In this document: in pieces, positions 26,610-35,149 of the stretch
Layout: each line of letters starts with the position of its first letter
Position numbering within the stretch: the stretch's first letter is position 1
DNA from: a virus
Taxonomy: Duplodnaviria > Caudoviricetes
Virus record (IMG/VR): IMGVR_UViG_3300048848_000254
Coordinates: 1 to 44,937 of that record
Direction: 5' to 3' (one strand)
DNA length: 44,937 nt
The notes under the pieces: generated by a model
What the model was told of the DNA's origin: nothing
The model's database searches: none
Seen by the model: the letters and a program-made list of their open reading frames with translations, nothing else
Program-made: the position numbers and the translations under genes

Positions 26610-27539
26610 ATGAGCGATCACCCAGAGCCTATTTTGTTTGCGCATGCAGACGAGTTCCGGAGCAGGTCGGCCTACGTCTCAAAACTGGACTGCGCTAGCA
26701 GCGAGCTGAGTCACCTCGTTGGCAAGTACGACTTCCCAAAAGATCGATACATCGAATGTGGGCTCAACGGATGTACCACACTTCACGGCCAAGGTTTCGT
26801 CTACGCAAAGGTCACTGGTGAAGAATCCCATTGCGGCATCGACTGCGGTCGCCGGGAATTCGACCTGAAGTGGAAGGAAGTTTTTGCCCGTTTCCGAGCT
26901 GCCGAGAAGGTAAGCAACACACGAAAGTTCCTCCAAGGAATTCAGGCGGAGGCGACCGAAATCTTGAGCTATGCGAACGAGTATGCCGAAGACGCTTCGC
27001 GCGCTAACGCCTTGTTGTCGGATCTCCTCACACGTTTTTTCACTCCTGCACCAGACCTGCTACGCCAACTGCTCGCATGTGCAAAAAACGGAGGAAAAAT
27101 TCAAGTCGTCAACTACAGTGCTAAGCGGCTGCGCAAGGATCTAGGACATAGAGGTAGAGGGGCGGACTTCGAAACTATCGGGACCTTGCGAGGAACTGCG
27201 TCATTACTAAACCGAACAACAGTAATCGACAATATGGTTCGTGCGGTCAAGCCAACACGTGTGCTTATGACATTGGATATAGAGACCTTGACGAGCGAGG
27301 AGTTGGCTTACCATTCCAAGAAATTCCAAGAAGCTCGGGAGGCCTTGCATGCGGCAGGCTTATTCATCCAGGACGCACGCCGGTTTCTACGCCAAGACAA
27401 TCTCCTGGAAATGAAAAAGCTGCGGCGACTTTTCCCTTCCACGCAAGGTGGACAAGTTGCCAAGATGCTGGACGCCTTTGATCAATACTGTCAGAACGCG
27501 CCCGTGGACCCCGTCAAGCAACTGCAGCGTAAACTTTGA
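26610..27539 (+). CDS. Moron protein with Cys/His zinc-binding motif
   Basis: ATG at 26610; CGLNGCTTLH...CGIDCG; AT-richer and opposite to the late operon. Confidence 0.75.
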   Translation: MSDHPEPILFAHADEFRSRSAYVSKLDCASSELSHLVGKYDFPKDRYIECGLNGCTTLHGQGFVYAKVTGEESHCGIDCGRREFDLKWKEVFARFRAAEKVSNTRKFLQGIQAEATEILSYANEYAEDASRANALLSDLLTRFFTPAPDLLRQLLACAKNGGKIQVVNYSAKRLRKDLGHRGRGADFETIGTLRGTASLLNRTTVIDNMVRAVKPTRVLMTLDIETLTSEELAYHSKKFQEAREALHAAGLFIQDARRFLRQDNLLEMKKLRRLFPSTQGGQVAKMLDAFDQYCQNAPVDPVKQLQRKL

Positions 27540-27762
27540 CGTTTGAGATACTATCGAGTCGCACCTGTGCGTCCAAGACATCTCGGGCCCACGTCATGGC
27601 TCGCACAACGTGCATCCTGCACGTCGGCAGATCGCAGAACTCGAAGTCCTTAGCGACGATCATTACTTCACCGCTAGGCAGTTGGCTTATCTCAAGACAG
27701 CCGATCTTGCTCATAGAGGCGTAGCTCGCATCCGCAGGACTCAGTGGGACAGCCTTCGACAT
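27514..27762 (-). CDS. Hypothetical protein
   Basis: 82-aa ORF with purine-rich upstream sequence. Confidence 0.4.
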   Translation of the reverse strand: MSKAVPLSPADASYASMSKIGCLEISQLPSGEVMIVAKDFEFCDLPTCRMHVVRAMTWARDVLDAQVRLDSISNVKVYAAVA

Positions 27763-28044
27763 AGATCTTCTCTCATCACAGACGCTTCAATCTTCGACGT
27801 CGCGCTAATGCTCAGATTGACGCCAATGTTGTCGATATGCACGCGCCCCTGCCGCCGTTTTCCCGAAAGGAGGAACGGGGTGGCGTCACATGGCGCGCTG
27901 CCGGGGTTATTGCGGACACTCGCCGGCTGGTCCGGGCAGCGGCGCGGGAGGTAGCCTGTGACCCGTGCGGTCGAAGCGGCCGATTCGCGCCATCGCTGCG
28001 CTGAAAAGGATGGTCTACATGGCGATCACCATCGAGCGGATACG

Positions 28045-28078
28045 AAAAAAGCCCCGGCGATTTCTCGCTCGGGGCTTT
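28045..28078 (-). terminator. tR'-like terminator
   Basis: Minus strand AAAGCCCCG...CGGGGCTTTTTT, shortly after the predicted late promoter. Confidence 0.75.
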
Positions 28079-28114
28079 GCACAGACACTTTTGACCAGTG
28101 ACTGAAGTGCACGG

Positions 28115-28143
28115 ATTTTGCGGTTTTTTTTCGCACCCGTCAA
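28115..28143 (-). promoter_or_regulatory. pR'-like late promoter
   Basis: TTGACG-17 nt-CAAAAT overlapping the stop of the Q-like gene. Confidence 0.6.
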
Positions 28144-28757
28144 GCTGTCGCTTGCTCGAGTTCTCCTACGATGCCAGCATCCCGCAATAGCGCATCGATA
28201 CGCTCCATTGCCCGCGCCTCCTCTCCTTTGGTACCCGCATCGAACTGGCCGCGCCCCTTCTTCACCAAACGCGAGCCCCGAAGCCAGATGGTTATCTTGC
28301 CGTTTTGGTCTGTGACCGTCCGGTCGCTGATACCGGCCTTCGCCGCCAGATCGCCGAGCGTGATCTTCTGCCCGAAGTAGCGTGCCACTATCCCATCGCG
28401 GACCGTGCGATGGATCAGGTGCCCGGAAAGTACGCCGCTGCGCTGCGCCGCATCAGACACGTGTCGAATCGCCTCAAGCCACTCAAGCGACGGGACGTCC
28501 TGACCACAATGGGGACAATGACTGGTGCGAGGCAGAAATTTTGCGAGAACAATGTGCTGGTGCAGCTTGTCTAGCCGTTGGACCTCCCTGAGGATGAATC
28601 CTGCTTGCGCTGCGCCATCAAGCCCGGCAAGCCCCTTTCCGCTCAGCTTTACCTTGTCTGCCATCTTCAGCATGCTGGGACGATCCAGCGAACCGCGGGA
28701 AAAGTTGTGCGCAAAGTTCAGCGCCTGATGCGCTTCCCTGAATATCGGTTCATTCAC
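28140..28757 (-). CDS. Q-like late antiterminator (putative)
   Basis: Last early gene before a promoter plus terminator; CPHC zinc motif and C-terminal HTH. Confidence 0.65.
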   Translation of the reverse strand: MNEPIFREAHQALNFAHNFSRGSLDRPSMLKMADKVKLSGKGLAGLDGAAQAGFILREVQRLDKLHQHIVLAKFLPRTSHCPHCGQDVPSLEWLEAIRHVSDAAQRSGVLSGHLIHRTVRDGIVARYFGQKITLGDLAAKAGISDRTVTDQNGKITIWLRGSRLVKKGRGQFDAGTKGEEARAMERIDALLRDAGIVGELEQATA

Positions 28758-28960
28758 TGTGTCTCTCCCCAAAGGACTGGCTTTTCATCGTCGTCGGCAG
28801 GCCATGGCATGCCGCGCGCTAGGCACGCCCGCTTCAGCATGTTGAGCGCGGCAGGCCCATTCAAACGCTCGTAGGCATCGACGAACGTTCGAAGCTGCGT
28901 CCTGCGCAAGCCGTGGCACGCCAGCAGTGCGGTAGCGACATCCCGCTCAATGTCCATCAA
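28754..28960 (-). CDS. Hypothetical protein
   Basis: Coupled overlaps with both neighbours. Confidence 0.55.
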   Translation of the reverse strand: MMDIERDVATALLACHGLRRTQLRTFVDAYERLNGPAALNMLKRACLARGMPWPADDDEKPVLWGETQ

Positions 28961-29418
28961 ATCACCCCTGGCGAATACACCGTGGCACGTGCAAACGGCC
29001 CTATGAGGCTGATAGCCTCACCGTTTCGCACTGCACCCTCGTGAAACCTAAATAGACGCCAGCCTTGCGCCGCCGCGGCGTTGTATTTCTCAAGGTTTTT
29101 CACGTAGCCGGCGCCGCGGGTGTGGCCGCCGTTGGTCCATACACCGCCCTCTATTTCTACTGCCAAGCGCAGTTCTGGCCATGCGAAATCGAAGCGCCAG
29201 CGACGGCCCTCCATGAACTGGTATTCGCGCGTCACCGGAGCAAGGCCAGCGTGGGCGATCTGCTTGGCGAACATCTCCTCCAGCGCGCTGGGGCCAACCC
29301 TGCGGCGGACTGGGTTTTTTGGCTTCGCTGGCATTGACAGCCGTTTGGCGGCTATGCCGCGCGCAGCAGTCTGCTGGGTCGATATCCTGATCAAGCCGTT
29401 CTCCTGAAGCTTTCCCAA
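28957..29418 (-). CDS. PD-(D/E)xK endonuclease (DUF559/Vsr-like)
   Basis: EYQF...RRWRFDFAWP..RLAVEIEGG...H...KYN.A...GW. Confidence 0.85.
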   Translation of the reverse strand: MGKLQENGLIRISTQQTAARGIAAKRLSMPAKPKNPVRRRVGPSALEEMFAKQIAHAGLAPVTREYQFMEGRRWRFDFAWPELRLAVEIEGGVWTNGGHTRGAGYVKNLEKYNAAAAQGWRLFRFHEGAVRNGEAISLIGPFARATVYSPGVI

Positions 29419-30167
29419 TCGAAGGCGACTGCCCTGCCACCGCCCTCTCGCAACCGATCCATGACCCTGTCCGTCAGGAACTCCTTGAGGGGTTCCAAAG
29501 CTAGGTTGCTGATCACGATGGTGGGCTTCATCTCGTTGTAGCGACCATTGACTATCGAGAACAGAATGATCTTCTCGGTCTCACTGCCCCGCTGCACACC
29601 AACTTCGTCCAGGACAAGCAGATCCGGAGAAACGAACGTCTCGATGACCTTTGCCTCCGTGGCAGTGCTCTCCTTGCGGTACGTTTCCTTGACCGCCAGC
29701 ACGGCGTCTTGGAAGACCGTATAGCGCGCTGTGTAGCCGATCGCCATAACTTGGTGAGCAATGCCTAGGGCAAGGTGCGTCTTACCGGTGCCCACATCTC
29801 CGGACAAGATCAGACTGCGCCCCGTCGCGCGGGCAGTCCTGAAATCTCCGGCGTAGGCCTCGGCCACCGCCAACGCTCGCCCAGCACCATCGTTGACAGC
29901 TTGGAATGTCGCTAACCGTCGATTGGCGAACCGGGGCGGAACGCCGGCCCTGCGCAGCAGAGCAGCTTCAGCCGCCGCCTGCTCCTGCTTGGCCACCTCC
30001 TCGCGAAGCAGATTCGGCGTGCAATTGGGACATCCGGTCCAGCCCGACCGGAGAACCATCGCCAGGTATGCGCCGTGGGTCGGGCACTCCCGCGTTTCGG
30101 TCACCAGGCTAGAACCGACCATCTTCTTTAATCCCGGCGCGATAGTCCTGCTGGCTGAAATTTCCAT
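29391..30167 (-). CDS. DnaC/IstB-like AAA+ helicase loader
   Basis: CPTHG/CPNC, GDVGTGKTHLA, LLVLDEVG, DRL. Confidence 0.92.
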   Translation of the reverse strand: MEISASRTIAPGLKKMVGSSLVTETRECPTHGAYLAMVLRSGWTGCPNCTPNLLREEVAKQEQAAAEAALLRRAGVPPRFANRRLATFQAVNDGAGRALAVAEAYAGDFRTARATGRSLILSGDVGTGKTHLALGIAHQVMAIGYTARYTVFQDAVLAVKETYRKESTATEAKVIETFVSPDLLVLDEVGVQRGSETEKIILFSIVNGRYNEMKPTIVISNLALEPLKEFLTDRVMDRLREGGGRAVAFDWESFRRTA

Positions 30168-30963
30168 GCTTGTTGACTCCAGGTGTCGATTGGTGCGCGG
30201 ACTGGTCAGGCTTGAGCGGGAAGAGTCCAGACCAACCATGCAGCACAGCCGCCTCGATCACCGCAGTCGGATCATGCCCCTCGGATCGAAGCTTCTCCAG
30301 ACGGCGTATCGCAAGCCGTTGGGCGTCATCGGTCCAGCCCTTGCCCTTCTTCTGCCTGAAGCGGTGGTACATGTCCCAAGCAGGGGCCGGAAGCCAGTCC
30401 GGCAGACCATCAGACGGCGCGGCAGCGCCTTTGATGGTTCCTTGACGGTTAGATTGACGGTTAAGTGAAGGTTTGGGTGCACCTGCTGCACCCCCGGGGT
30501 GCACGTCGTGCGGGGGTGGGGGTGCATCTCCTGCGGGGGCGGGGTGCATTTCCTGCGGGGGTGCATTTCCTGCGGAGGGTGCAGCATTTGCGGGGGGTGC
30601 ATCTGCTGCGGGGGGTGCGCTTGGTGCGGGGGGTGCGCGCCGTGCGGGGGTGCGCCTGCTGCGGGGGTGTTCCATCTCCGACGTCCCGCTGGCGCCGCCA
30701 CCGCCCGCGCCAGCGATCGACAGCAAATAGACCGTGCTTGTACCGAGCCGGGCCATAGACTTCACATACCCCAGATCCCTCAGCGATCGCACGGCCGACT
30801 GCACCGCGCGTTCGGACAGGCAGGTACGGTGCACGATAGTTGCAATCGAGGGGTAGCACTCGCCCTGGTCGTTCGCATTGTCGGCAAGCGACAGAAGCAC
30901 CAGTTTCTGCGTGCTCGATAGACCCTGGAGCTTCCAAGCCTCAGTCATCAGGGCAATGCTCAT
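30109..30963 (-). CDS. Replication initiator (N-terminal HTH)
   Basis: KLVLLSLADNAND.G.CYPSI......LSER.V; internal Pro/Ala repeats encoded by iterons; upstream of the DnaC-like gene. Confidence 0.88.
   Translation of the reverse strand: MSIALMTEAWKLQGLSSTQKLVLLSLADNANDQGECYPSIATIVHRTCLSERAVQSAVRSLRDLGYVKSMARLGTSTVYLLSIAGAGGGGASGTSEMEHPRSRRTPARRAPPAPSAPPAADAPPANAAPSAGNAPPQEMHPAPAGDAPPPPHDVHPGGAAGAPKPSLNRQSNRQGTIKGAAAPSDGLPDWLPAPAWDMYHRFRQKKGKGWTDDAQRLAIRRLEKLRSEGHDPTAVIEAAVLHGWSGLFPLKPDQSAHQSTPGVNKHGNFSQQDYRAGIKEDGRF
30432..30665. repeat. Replication origin: 10 iterons GGTGC-N6-TGC(GGG) plus four TGANGGTT repeats
   Basis: Iterons start at 30476, 30498, 30521, 30543, 30560, 30578, 30596, 30614, 30632, 30649; AT-richer repeats at 30432, 30443, 30455, 30466. 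Confidence 0.8.
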
Positions 30964-30964
30964 G

Positions 30965-31300
30965 TCAAAGCATCCGCCCAGAACGATAGCTGGTAGCCGC
31001 TCCCGCATATCGTTGGAGCCGTGCGCGCCGAGCCCGTGGATCTGCGTTCACGTGGCGATATAGGTCAATGTCGTTCTGGTTCTCAACGCGGACCACTAAG
31101 CCGGCCTGCATCATTTCGTCAATAAGCTTCGCTGCAGCCTGCTTGCGGAGCGTCGTGAACTGCGGCCCACGGAGGCGCATGCCCTGAGGAATCCAGATCA
31201 GATTCACGATCGTGGTCATTGAGAATTGTGCGTAATCGACCATATGTTGGCGTGCCGCGTACAGGCTGCTTTCGGGCAAATCGAACCCAGCGACTTTCAT
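30965..31300 (-). CDS. Hypothetical protein
   Basis: GGAGG RBS; fills the operon gap. Confidence 0.65.
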   Translation of the reverse strand: MKVAGFDLPESSLYAARQHMVDYAQFSMTTIVNLIWIPQGMRLRGPQFTTLRKQAAAKLIDEMMQAGLVVRVENQNDIDLYRHVNADPRARRARLQRYAGAATSYRSGRML

Positions 31301-31301
31301 A

Positions 31302-31655
31302 TCATTCCTCCCGATCGATCCCGGCCGCCAGCAGCGCCCCGCTGGGCACGACACAGGCCAGGTTTATGAGCAGCGATACGCACACCTGCAGCAGGTACTG
31401 CTGGGTCCCGTACCGCGCTTCGAATCTCGTCTTCCAGGGATGCACGGCTATCCGGCGCCCACCCCGGTCTTGATGGTGTCCACCACATAGAGGCAGCACC
31501 AACCACTGCGCCATCGGCTTCGTCCGGCCGTCGATGTGGTGGACACTGCAATAGGAATTCATCGTTCCGTCCAGCAGGCACGCGATACAACCTACGCGGC
31601 TGCACAGCATGTCGTGGAAGCGCTTCTGCTCCACGGTCGGCGGGTTCCCCTTCAT
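31302..31655 (-). CDS. Ref-like HNH nuclease
   Basis: GCIAC...HHIDGRTKP...VLPLC..HHQ...HPWK.RFE..YG. Confidence 0.85.
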   Translation of the reverse strand: MKGNPPTVEQKRFHDMLCSRVGCIACLLDGTMNSYCSVHHIDGRTKPMAQWLVLPLCGGHHQDRGGRRIAVHPWKTRFEARYGTQQYLLQVCVSLLINLACVVPSGALLAAGIDREE

Positions 31656-31825
31656 TTGGGTGTCCCGGCCACAAAACCGAGAAGGAAGGTCAGCACCACA
31701 GCCAGCACCGTTGCACCAATGCCATTGAGGTCGCCGCCCATTGCCGCCACGATCCGGGCGACGACCGCCACCCAGAAAAAGAAACACAGCAGCAGCCCGA
31801 TGACCAGCCACACGGCCCTACCCAT
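31652..31825 (-). CDS. Small two-TM membrane protein
   Basis: Two hydrophobic stretches; overlaps both neighbours. Confidence 0.55.
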   Translation of the reverse strand: MGRAVWLVIGLLLCFFFWVAVVARIVAAMGGDLNGIGATVLAVVLTFLLGFVAGTPK

Positions 31826-32183
31826 GGTGACGCTCCTTCCAGGCCAAATACGGCCTGCGAACCTTTTCGTGGAAAGCCACCGCGGCTTCGGCATCATGGT
31901 CGAGCCGTGCGCGGCTATTTACGCCACATCGGTCGCGCACGAATTCCGCAGCGTGTTGCCGCGGGTGCACACCTTCCGAGCCTTCGCCGTGGCGGGCAGC
32001 GACGAACCGTTGGAAATCGGCGGCGTTGCAAAGCTGCCCCGCCAAGCGGGCGAGTTCGCCGCCCTTCTCCGCCGCCGCGCCAGCGCGCGCGCGGACCGGG
32101 CGGCCGCCGGCCCCGCGCGCGAGGGAATCACATCCCGAACGATTCTCCGAGGTTTTGTTACCAGCGCGGTCGAGGATCCCCAT
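31818..32183 (-). CDS. Hypothetical phage protein
   Basis: AG.LC...FQRF...CGV.SR..LDH segment; in operon. Confidence 0.7.
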   Translation of the reverse strand: MGILDRAGNKTSENRSGCDSLARGAGGRPVRARAGAAAEKGGELARLAGQLCNAADFQRFVAARHGEGSEGVHPRQHAAEFVRDRCGVNSRARLDHDAEAAVAFHEKVRRPYLAWKERHHG

Positions 32184-32201
32184 GTTCGGTCCTGGGGCGG
32201 C

Positions 32202-32510
32202 TCAGCGTACGGTGGAACCGCACTGGCCCATGCTGGCACGAGCGCAGTAGCAGTTAGCTCCAATGGTGTTGCCGCGCGCCAGGTAGTCCATGTAGTCGAT
32301 CGGCACGACGGAGACCCGCACGGCGCGGCACAGTGCATCCAGCTTGTCCAGCGTCACGCCAGCCTGGCCGCTTTGCACCTTCGAAAGCATTGTGGAATCC
32401 CAGCCCGTCGCATCGAGGATCGTCTGGCGTAGATCTTGGTCCGTCATGGACTGGCGCAACATGGTTTCGATGACACGGGGTCCGGAGACCGGGCGTTCAA
32501 TGGGGTTCAT
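32202..32510 (-). CDS. CII-like HTH regulator (putative)
   Basis: HTH-like GWDSTMLSKV; downstream of the cro-like gene. Confidence 0.6.
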   Translation of the reverse strand: MNPIERPVSGPRVIETMLRQSMTDQDLRQTILDATGWDSTMLSKVQSGQAGVTLDKLDALCRAVRVSVVPIDYMDYLARGNTIGANCYCARASMGQCGSTVR

Positions 32511-32593
32511 AGGGATTCAATGTGATTCAGAAAGAACGGAATGCGCCGGAATGCCGCATCGCGCAAACTAGTCGCATGGGTAGACGAAACATA

Positions 32594-32622
32594 TTGGGCG
32601 GCCAGCCCCAGCCGACTATGAT
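32594..32622 (+). promoter_or_regulatory. Sigma70-type promoter for the moron at 32664
   Basis: TTGGGC-17 nt-TATGAT. Confidence 0.5.
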
Positions 32623-32663
32623 CCGGCTTCTCACAGACCGAACCCAATCGAAAGGAACTGGCC

Positions 32664-32960
32664 ATGAAAATTGCCGCGCTAGGCATGAGTTGGTACGCCC
32701 GTGAAAACTACGACAGGATCAAAGCCATCTCGGATGATCCCGAGAAGTTTCCCGACACCTTCGATGCGTGGCATCAACTCGCGCAGGCTGGTTTCGACAA
32801 GTTCACTCGACAGGGGCATCTTGTCGTCAAAGCTGATATCGACCCGGAGACGTTCCCGGAGTGGTGCCGCCAGCACGGGCATCGTGTCGATGCCGAGGGT
32901 CGCATGGCATTCGCGAACGCCGTCGCAGCTCAGGCGGTTCGGAAAATGCAGGCGCAGTGA
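32664..32960 (+). CDS. Counter-oriented hypothetical moron protein
   Basis: AAGGA RBS; 98-aa aromatic-rich globular-looking protein. Confidence 0.75.
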   Translation: MKIAALGMSWYARENYDRIKAISDDPEKFPDTFDAWHQLAQAGFDKFTRQGHLVVKADIDPETFPEWCRQHGHRVDAEGRMAFANAVAAQAVRKMQAQ

Positions 32961-32985
32961 CATTCCGCTCATCGTGCGTCTCTGC

Positions 32986-33174
32986 TCAAACGTCGAACGG
33001 TCCGACCTGCACCAGCAGGCCGGCCGCCACAAGGTTTCCCGCTGGGATCGGTTCTGGCGTTACGCGGATTGGGCGGCTCAAGTCGCCACCCGCTTCGACG
33101 CGCATGACGACGGCGTGACCATCGGCCATCGCTTCCAGGTCGACATGGATCGTCATTCGGATCTTGTGGCTCAC
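32986..33174 (-). CDS. Hypothetical protein
   Basis: GTGA overlap with the stop of the cro-like gene. Confidence 0.45.
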   Translation of the reverse strand: MSHKIRMTIHVDLEAMADGHAVVMRVEAGGDLSRPIRVTPEPIPAGNLVAAGLLVQVGPFDV

Positions 33175-33542
33175 GCCCCATCCTCCCCTATGGGTGGCTT
33201 CCTCTCCAGCGATTCGATGACTGCTTGGCCTTGTCGCGTGAGGATGTCGGAAGCATCCACATTCGGAGGTGCAGGCACGCTCTCCGAATTGGCAGTCGGC
33301 GGCTCACTTGGAGTGGCTACGGACCCGGTCGCAGGAGGCTGGCCAACCGGGCGGTCCAGGCGAGCGAAATAATCGTGAATCCTTTCGACCGTCTGTATGC
33401 GGGGATTTTTAACCTCCCCGTACCGAATCTTCATGAGCGTGCTTTCCGGCACGCCGGACCCAGCCGCCACCGCAGGAATATCTGAATGCCGCGTCGCCCG
33501 CAAGCGCTCAAGGACCGCCTCGAAGAAATTGTTTTCGCTCAT
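33171..33542 (-). CDS. Cro-like XRE HTH protein
   Basis: VAAGSGVPESTLMKIRYGEVKNPRI.TV; divergent from the repressor. Confidence 0.8.
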   Translation of the reverse strand: MSENNFFEAVLERLRATRHSDIPAVAAGSGVPESTLMKIRYGEVKNPRIQTVERIHDYFARLDRPVGQPPATGSVATPSEPPTANSESVPAPPNVDASDILTRQGQAVIESLERKPPIGEDGA

Positions 33543-33554
33543 GGAGTGCATTCT

Positions 33555-33623
33555 CAACCCAAATATGGGTTGTCGTCAACCCACACATGGGGAGAGATTG
33601 TCGGCATAGTTCCAAATATGGGT
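33555..33623. promoter_or_regulatory. OR-like operator triplet and PR
   Basis: CAACCCAAATATGGGTTG (33555), CAACCCACACATGGGG (33577), TTCCAAATATGGGT (33610); minus-strand TTGACG-18 nt-GAGAAT. Confidence 0.8.
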
Positions 33624-34037
33624 GTATCCATAGATGAAATCCTCGCCGCAAACCTCACCGCCTTGATCACTAGGGAGGGTAGCCCCTTACCTTCCAATAA
33701 GGCCGTGGAGAAGAAATCAAAAGTTGGTCAGGCGACGATAGATAGGGCCCGGAAGTCGCAACCAGGGCTCAGCATTGGGAAACTCGAGGCGCTGGCTCGC
33801 GCGTTCGACCTTGAACCCTGGCAATTGCTCTACCCAGGCCTGGACCCCGTGGCACCGCCGCGCGTGGGAACGGCTCAGGAACCGGAGGGGCTCTGGCCTT
33901 TCCCGGGCACTTCGCCAGAAGAGTTCGAATTGATTCCGCCAGCAGAAAAGGAGGAGGTTTTGTCGCTGGTGAGGTCCAAGGTGGCCCGACACCGGCCACC
34001 GGCCTCGCCGCAAAGCCGCCCGCGGAAAAAGGCGTAG
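33618..34037 (+). CDS. CI-like repressor without S24 peptidase domain
   Basis: XRE HTH (LAANL...VGQATIDR...SIGKLEALARAFDLEPWQLL) with a short WPF-containing C-terminus; flanked by operators. Confidence 0.8.
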   Translation: MGVSIDEILAANLTALITREGSPLPSNKAVEKKSKVGQATIDRARKSQPGLSIGKLEALARAFDLEPWQLLYPGLDPVAPPRVGTAQEPEGLWPFPGTSPEEFELIPPAEKEEVLSLVRSKVARHRPPASPQSRPRKKA

Positions 34038-34198
34038 CGCCTCTCCCAATCAACTCCGAATGCCGCTCCTGTCACTGATAACGTGTCATGAGCCGCTGCT
34101 GTCGGCGCCCTGCGGGGTGCTAACTGTGGTCATAGGCTGCGGGCCTTTTTTTTCAGGTTCCAGTAACTGAATCTTTGAATTTACGACAGAAGGATGGA

Positions 34199-35002
34199 AT
34201 GCCGATGGGATTCATGAACCGGATCTGTTTTTGGCTGCTTTTCGCCGTAGCATGCACTGTCGCTGCGCACGCAGCGCCCGCTGCTCCTGGCGGCGAATTG
34301 AGGGTCACCGCAGAGACCTTGTACCGGGCATATCACGCCAACGAGGTCGCGGCGAATCTCCAATACAAGGGCAAGAGCCTGAGAATCAGCGGCGTGGTGG
34401 AGTCGATAAACGTCGACTTCGAGGGTAGTCCCTATATCAAGCTTCGAGTCGGGCAGTTCAATTCGGTGAACCTTTTATTCGATCAAGACACTGCTGATCA
34501 ACTTTCCAAAATACAAAAGGGTTACTTCGTTAACGACCAGACTTGCGTCGGAAAGGGGATGCATCTGGGCACACCGGTCGTGGATTGCCGCCTGATGACA
34601 ATAGAAAAGACAGCGCCCATCAGCAATTCGCGTGTGGCAGACGCCGCCCGCCAGCCGGACGCCGAACCGACGCAAGGCCCCACGAAGGTGACCGCTGCTG
34701 ATGGAACGTGCATTCAAACCACTATTATCAGCGTTGGCCACCGCTTACAGGGAAATGGTCCAGACGCTGCGACGTCCGGATCCGCAATTACGTTGTCCGG
34801 GGGCCTGTGGCTTGGGGACTACGCTGAGTCAGAGGTGATACATAGATCTAGGCCCGGGGATCAGGTCACGCTATGCCAACTGACCACCGAAACGGGCTGC
34901 CCTGCTGGGTCCGCCCCGACCCGCTCGTACCTCGTCCTCAATCCAAGGCTTTCCAGCTTCTGGGTGGGTGGTACATCCTCACACATGTGCTCAGGCGCCT
35001 AG
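34199..35002 (+). CDS. Exported protein with tRNA_anti-like OB fold plus Cys-containing C-terminal domain
   Basis: Signal peptide ending AHA; L...Y.ANEVAAN.QYKGK.L.ISG.V..I motif. Start could be 34199, 34205 or 34214. Confidence 0.75.
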   Translation: MPMGFMNRICFWLLFAVACTVAAHAAPAAPGGELRVTAETLYRAYHANEVAANLQYKGKSLRISGVVESINVDFEGSPYIKLRVGQFNSVNLLFDQDTADQLSKIQKGYFVNDQTCVGKGMHLGTPVVDCRLMTIEKTAPISNSRVADAARQPDAEPTQGPTKVTAADGTCIQTTIISVGHRLQGNGPDAATSGSAITLSGGLWLGDYAESEVIHRSRPGDQVTLCQLTTETGCPAGSAPTRSYLVLNPRLSSFWVGGTSSHMCSGA

Positions 35003-35031
35003 GTCCCGCAACCCAGATTCCATGCAGCATG

Positions 35032-35063
35032 GCCGTATAGCAATCGCTATGCGGCATTTTTTT
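35032..35063 (+). terminator. Intrinsic terminator
   Basis: GCCGTATAGC-AATC-GCTATGCGGC followed by ATTTTTTT. Confidence 0.8.
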
Positions 35064-35072
35064 ACCTCACAA

Positions 35073-35143
35073 AACCCAAATATGGGTTGACATACTCCAC
35101 ATACGGGTCGCACAATTCGTTTCATCAACCCAAATATGGGTTG
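35073..35143 (+). promoter_or_regulatory. OL-like operator triplet and PL
   Basis: AACCCAAATATGGGTT (35073), CTCCACATACGGGT (35095), CAACCCAAATATGGGTTG (35126); TTGACA(35087)-18 nt-CACAAT. Confidence 0.82.
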
Positions 35144-35149
35144 TGAATT

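Noticed and set aside
30476-30665. CRISPR-like array
   Set aside because: Units are 17-23 nt with 6-nt variable cores, lie inside the initiator CDS, and no cas genes are present; they fit iterons.
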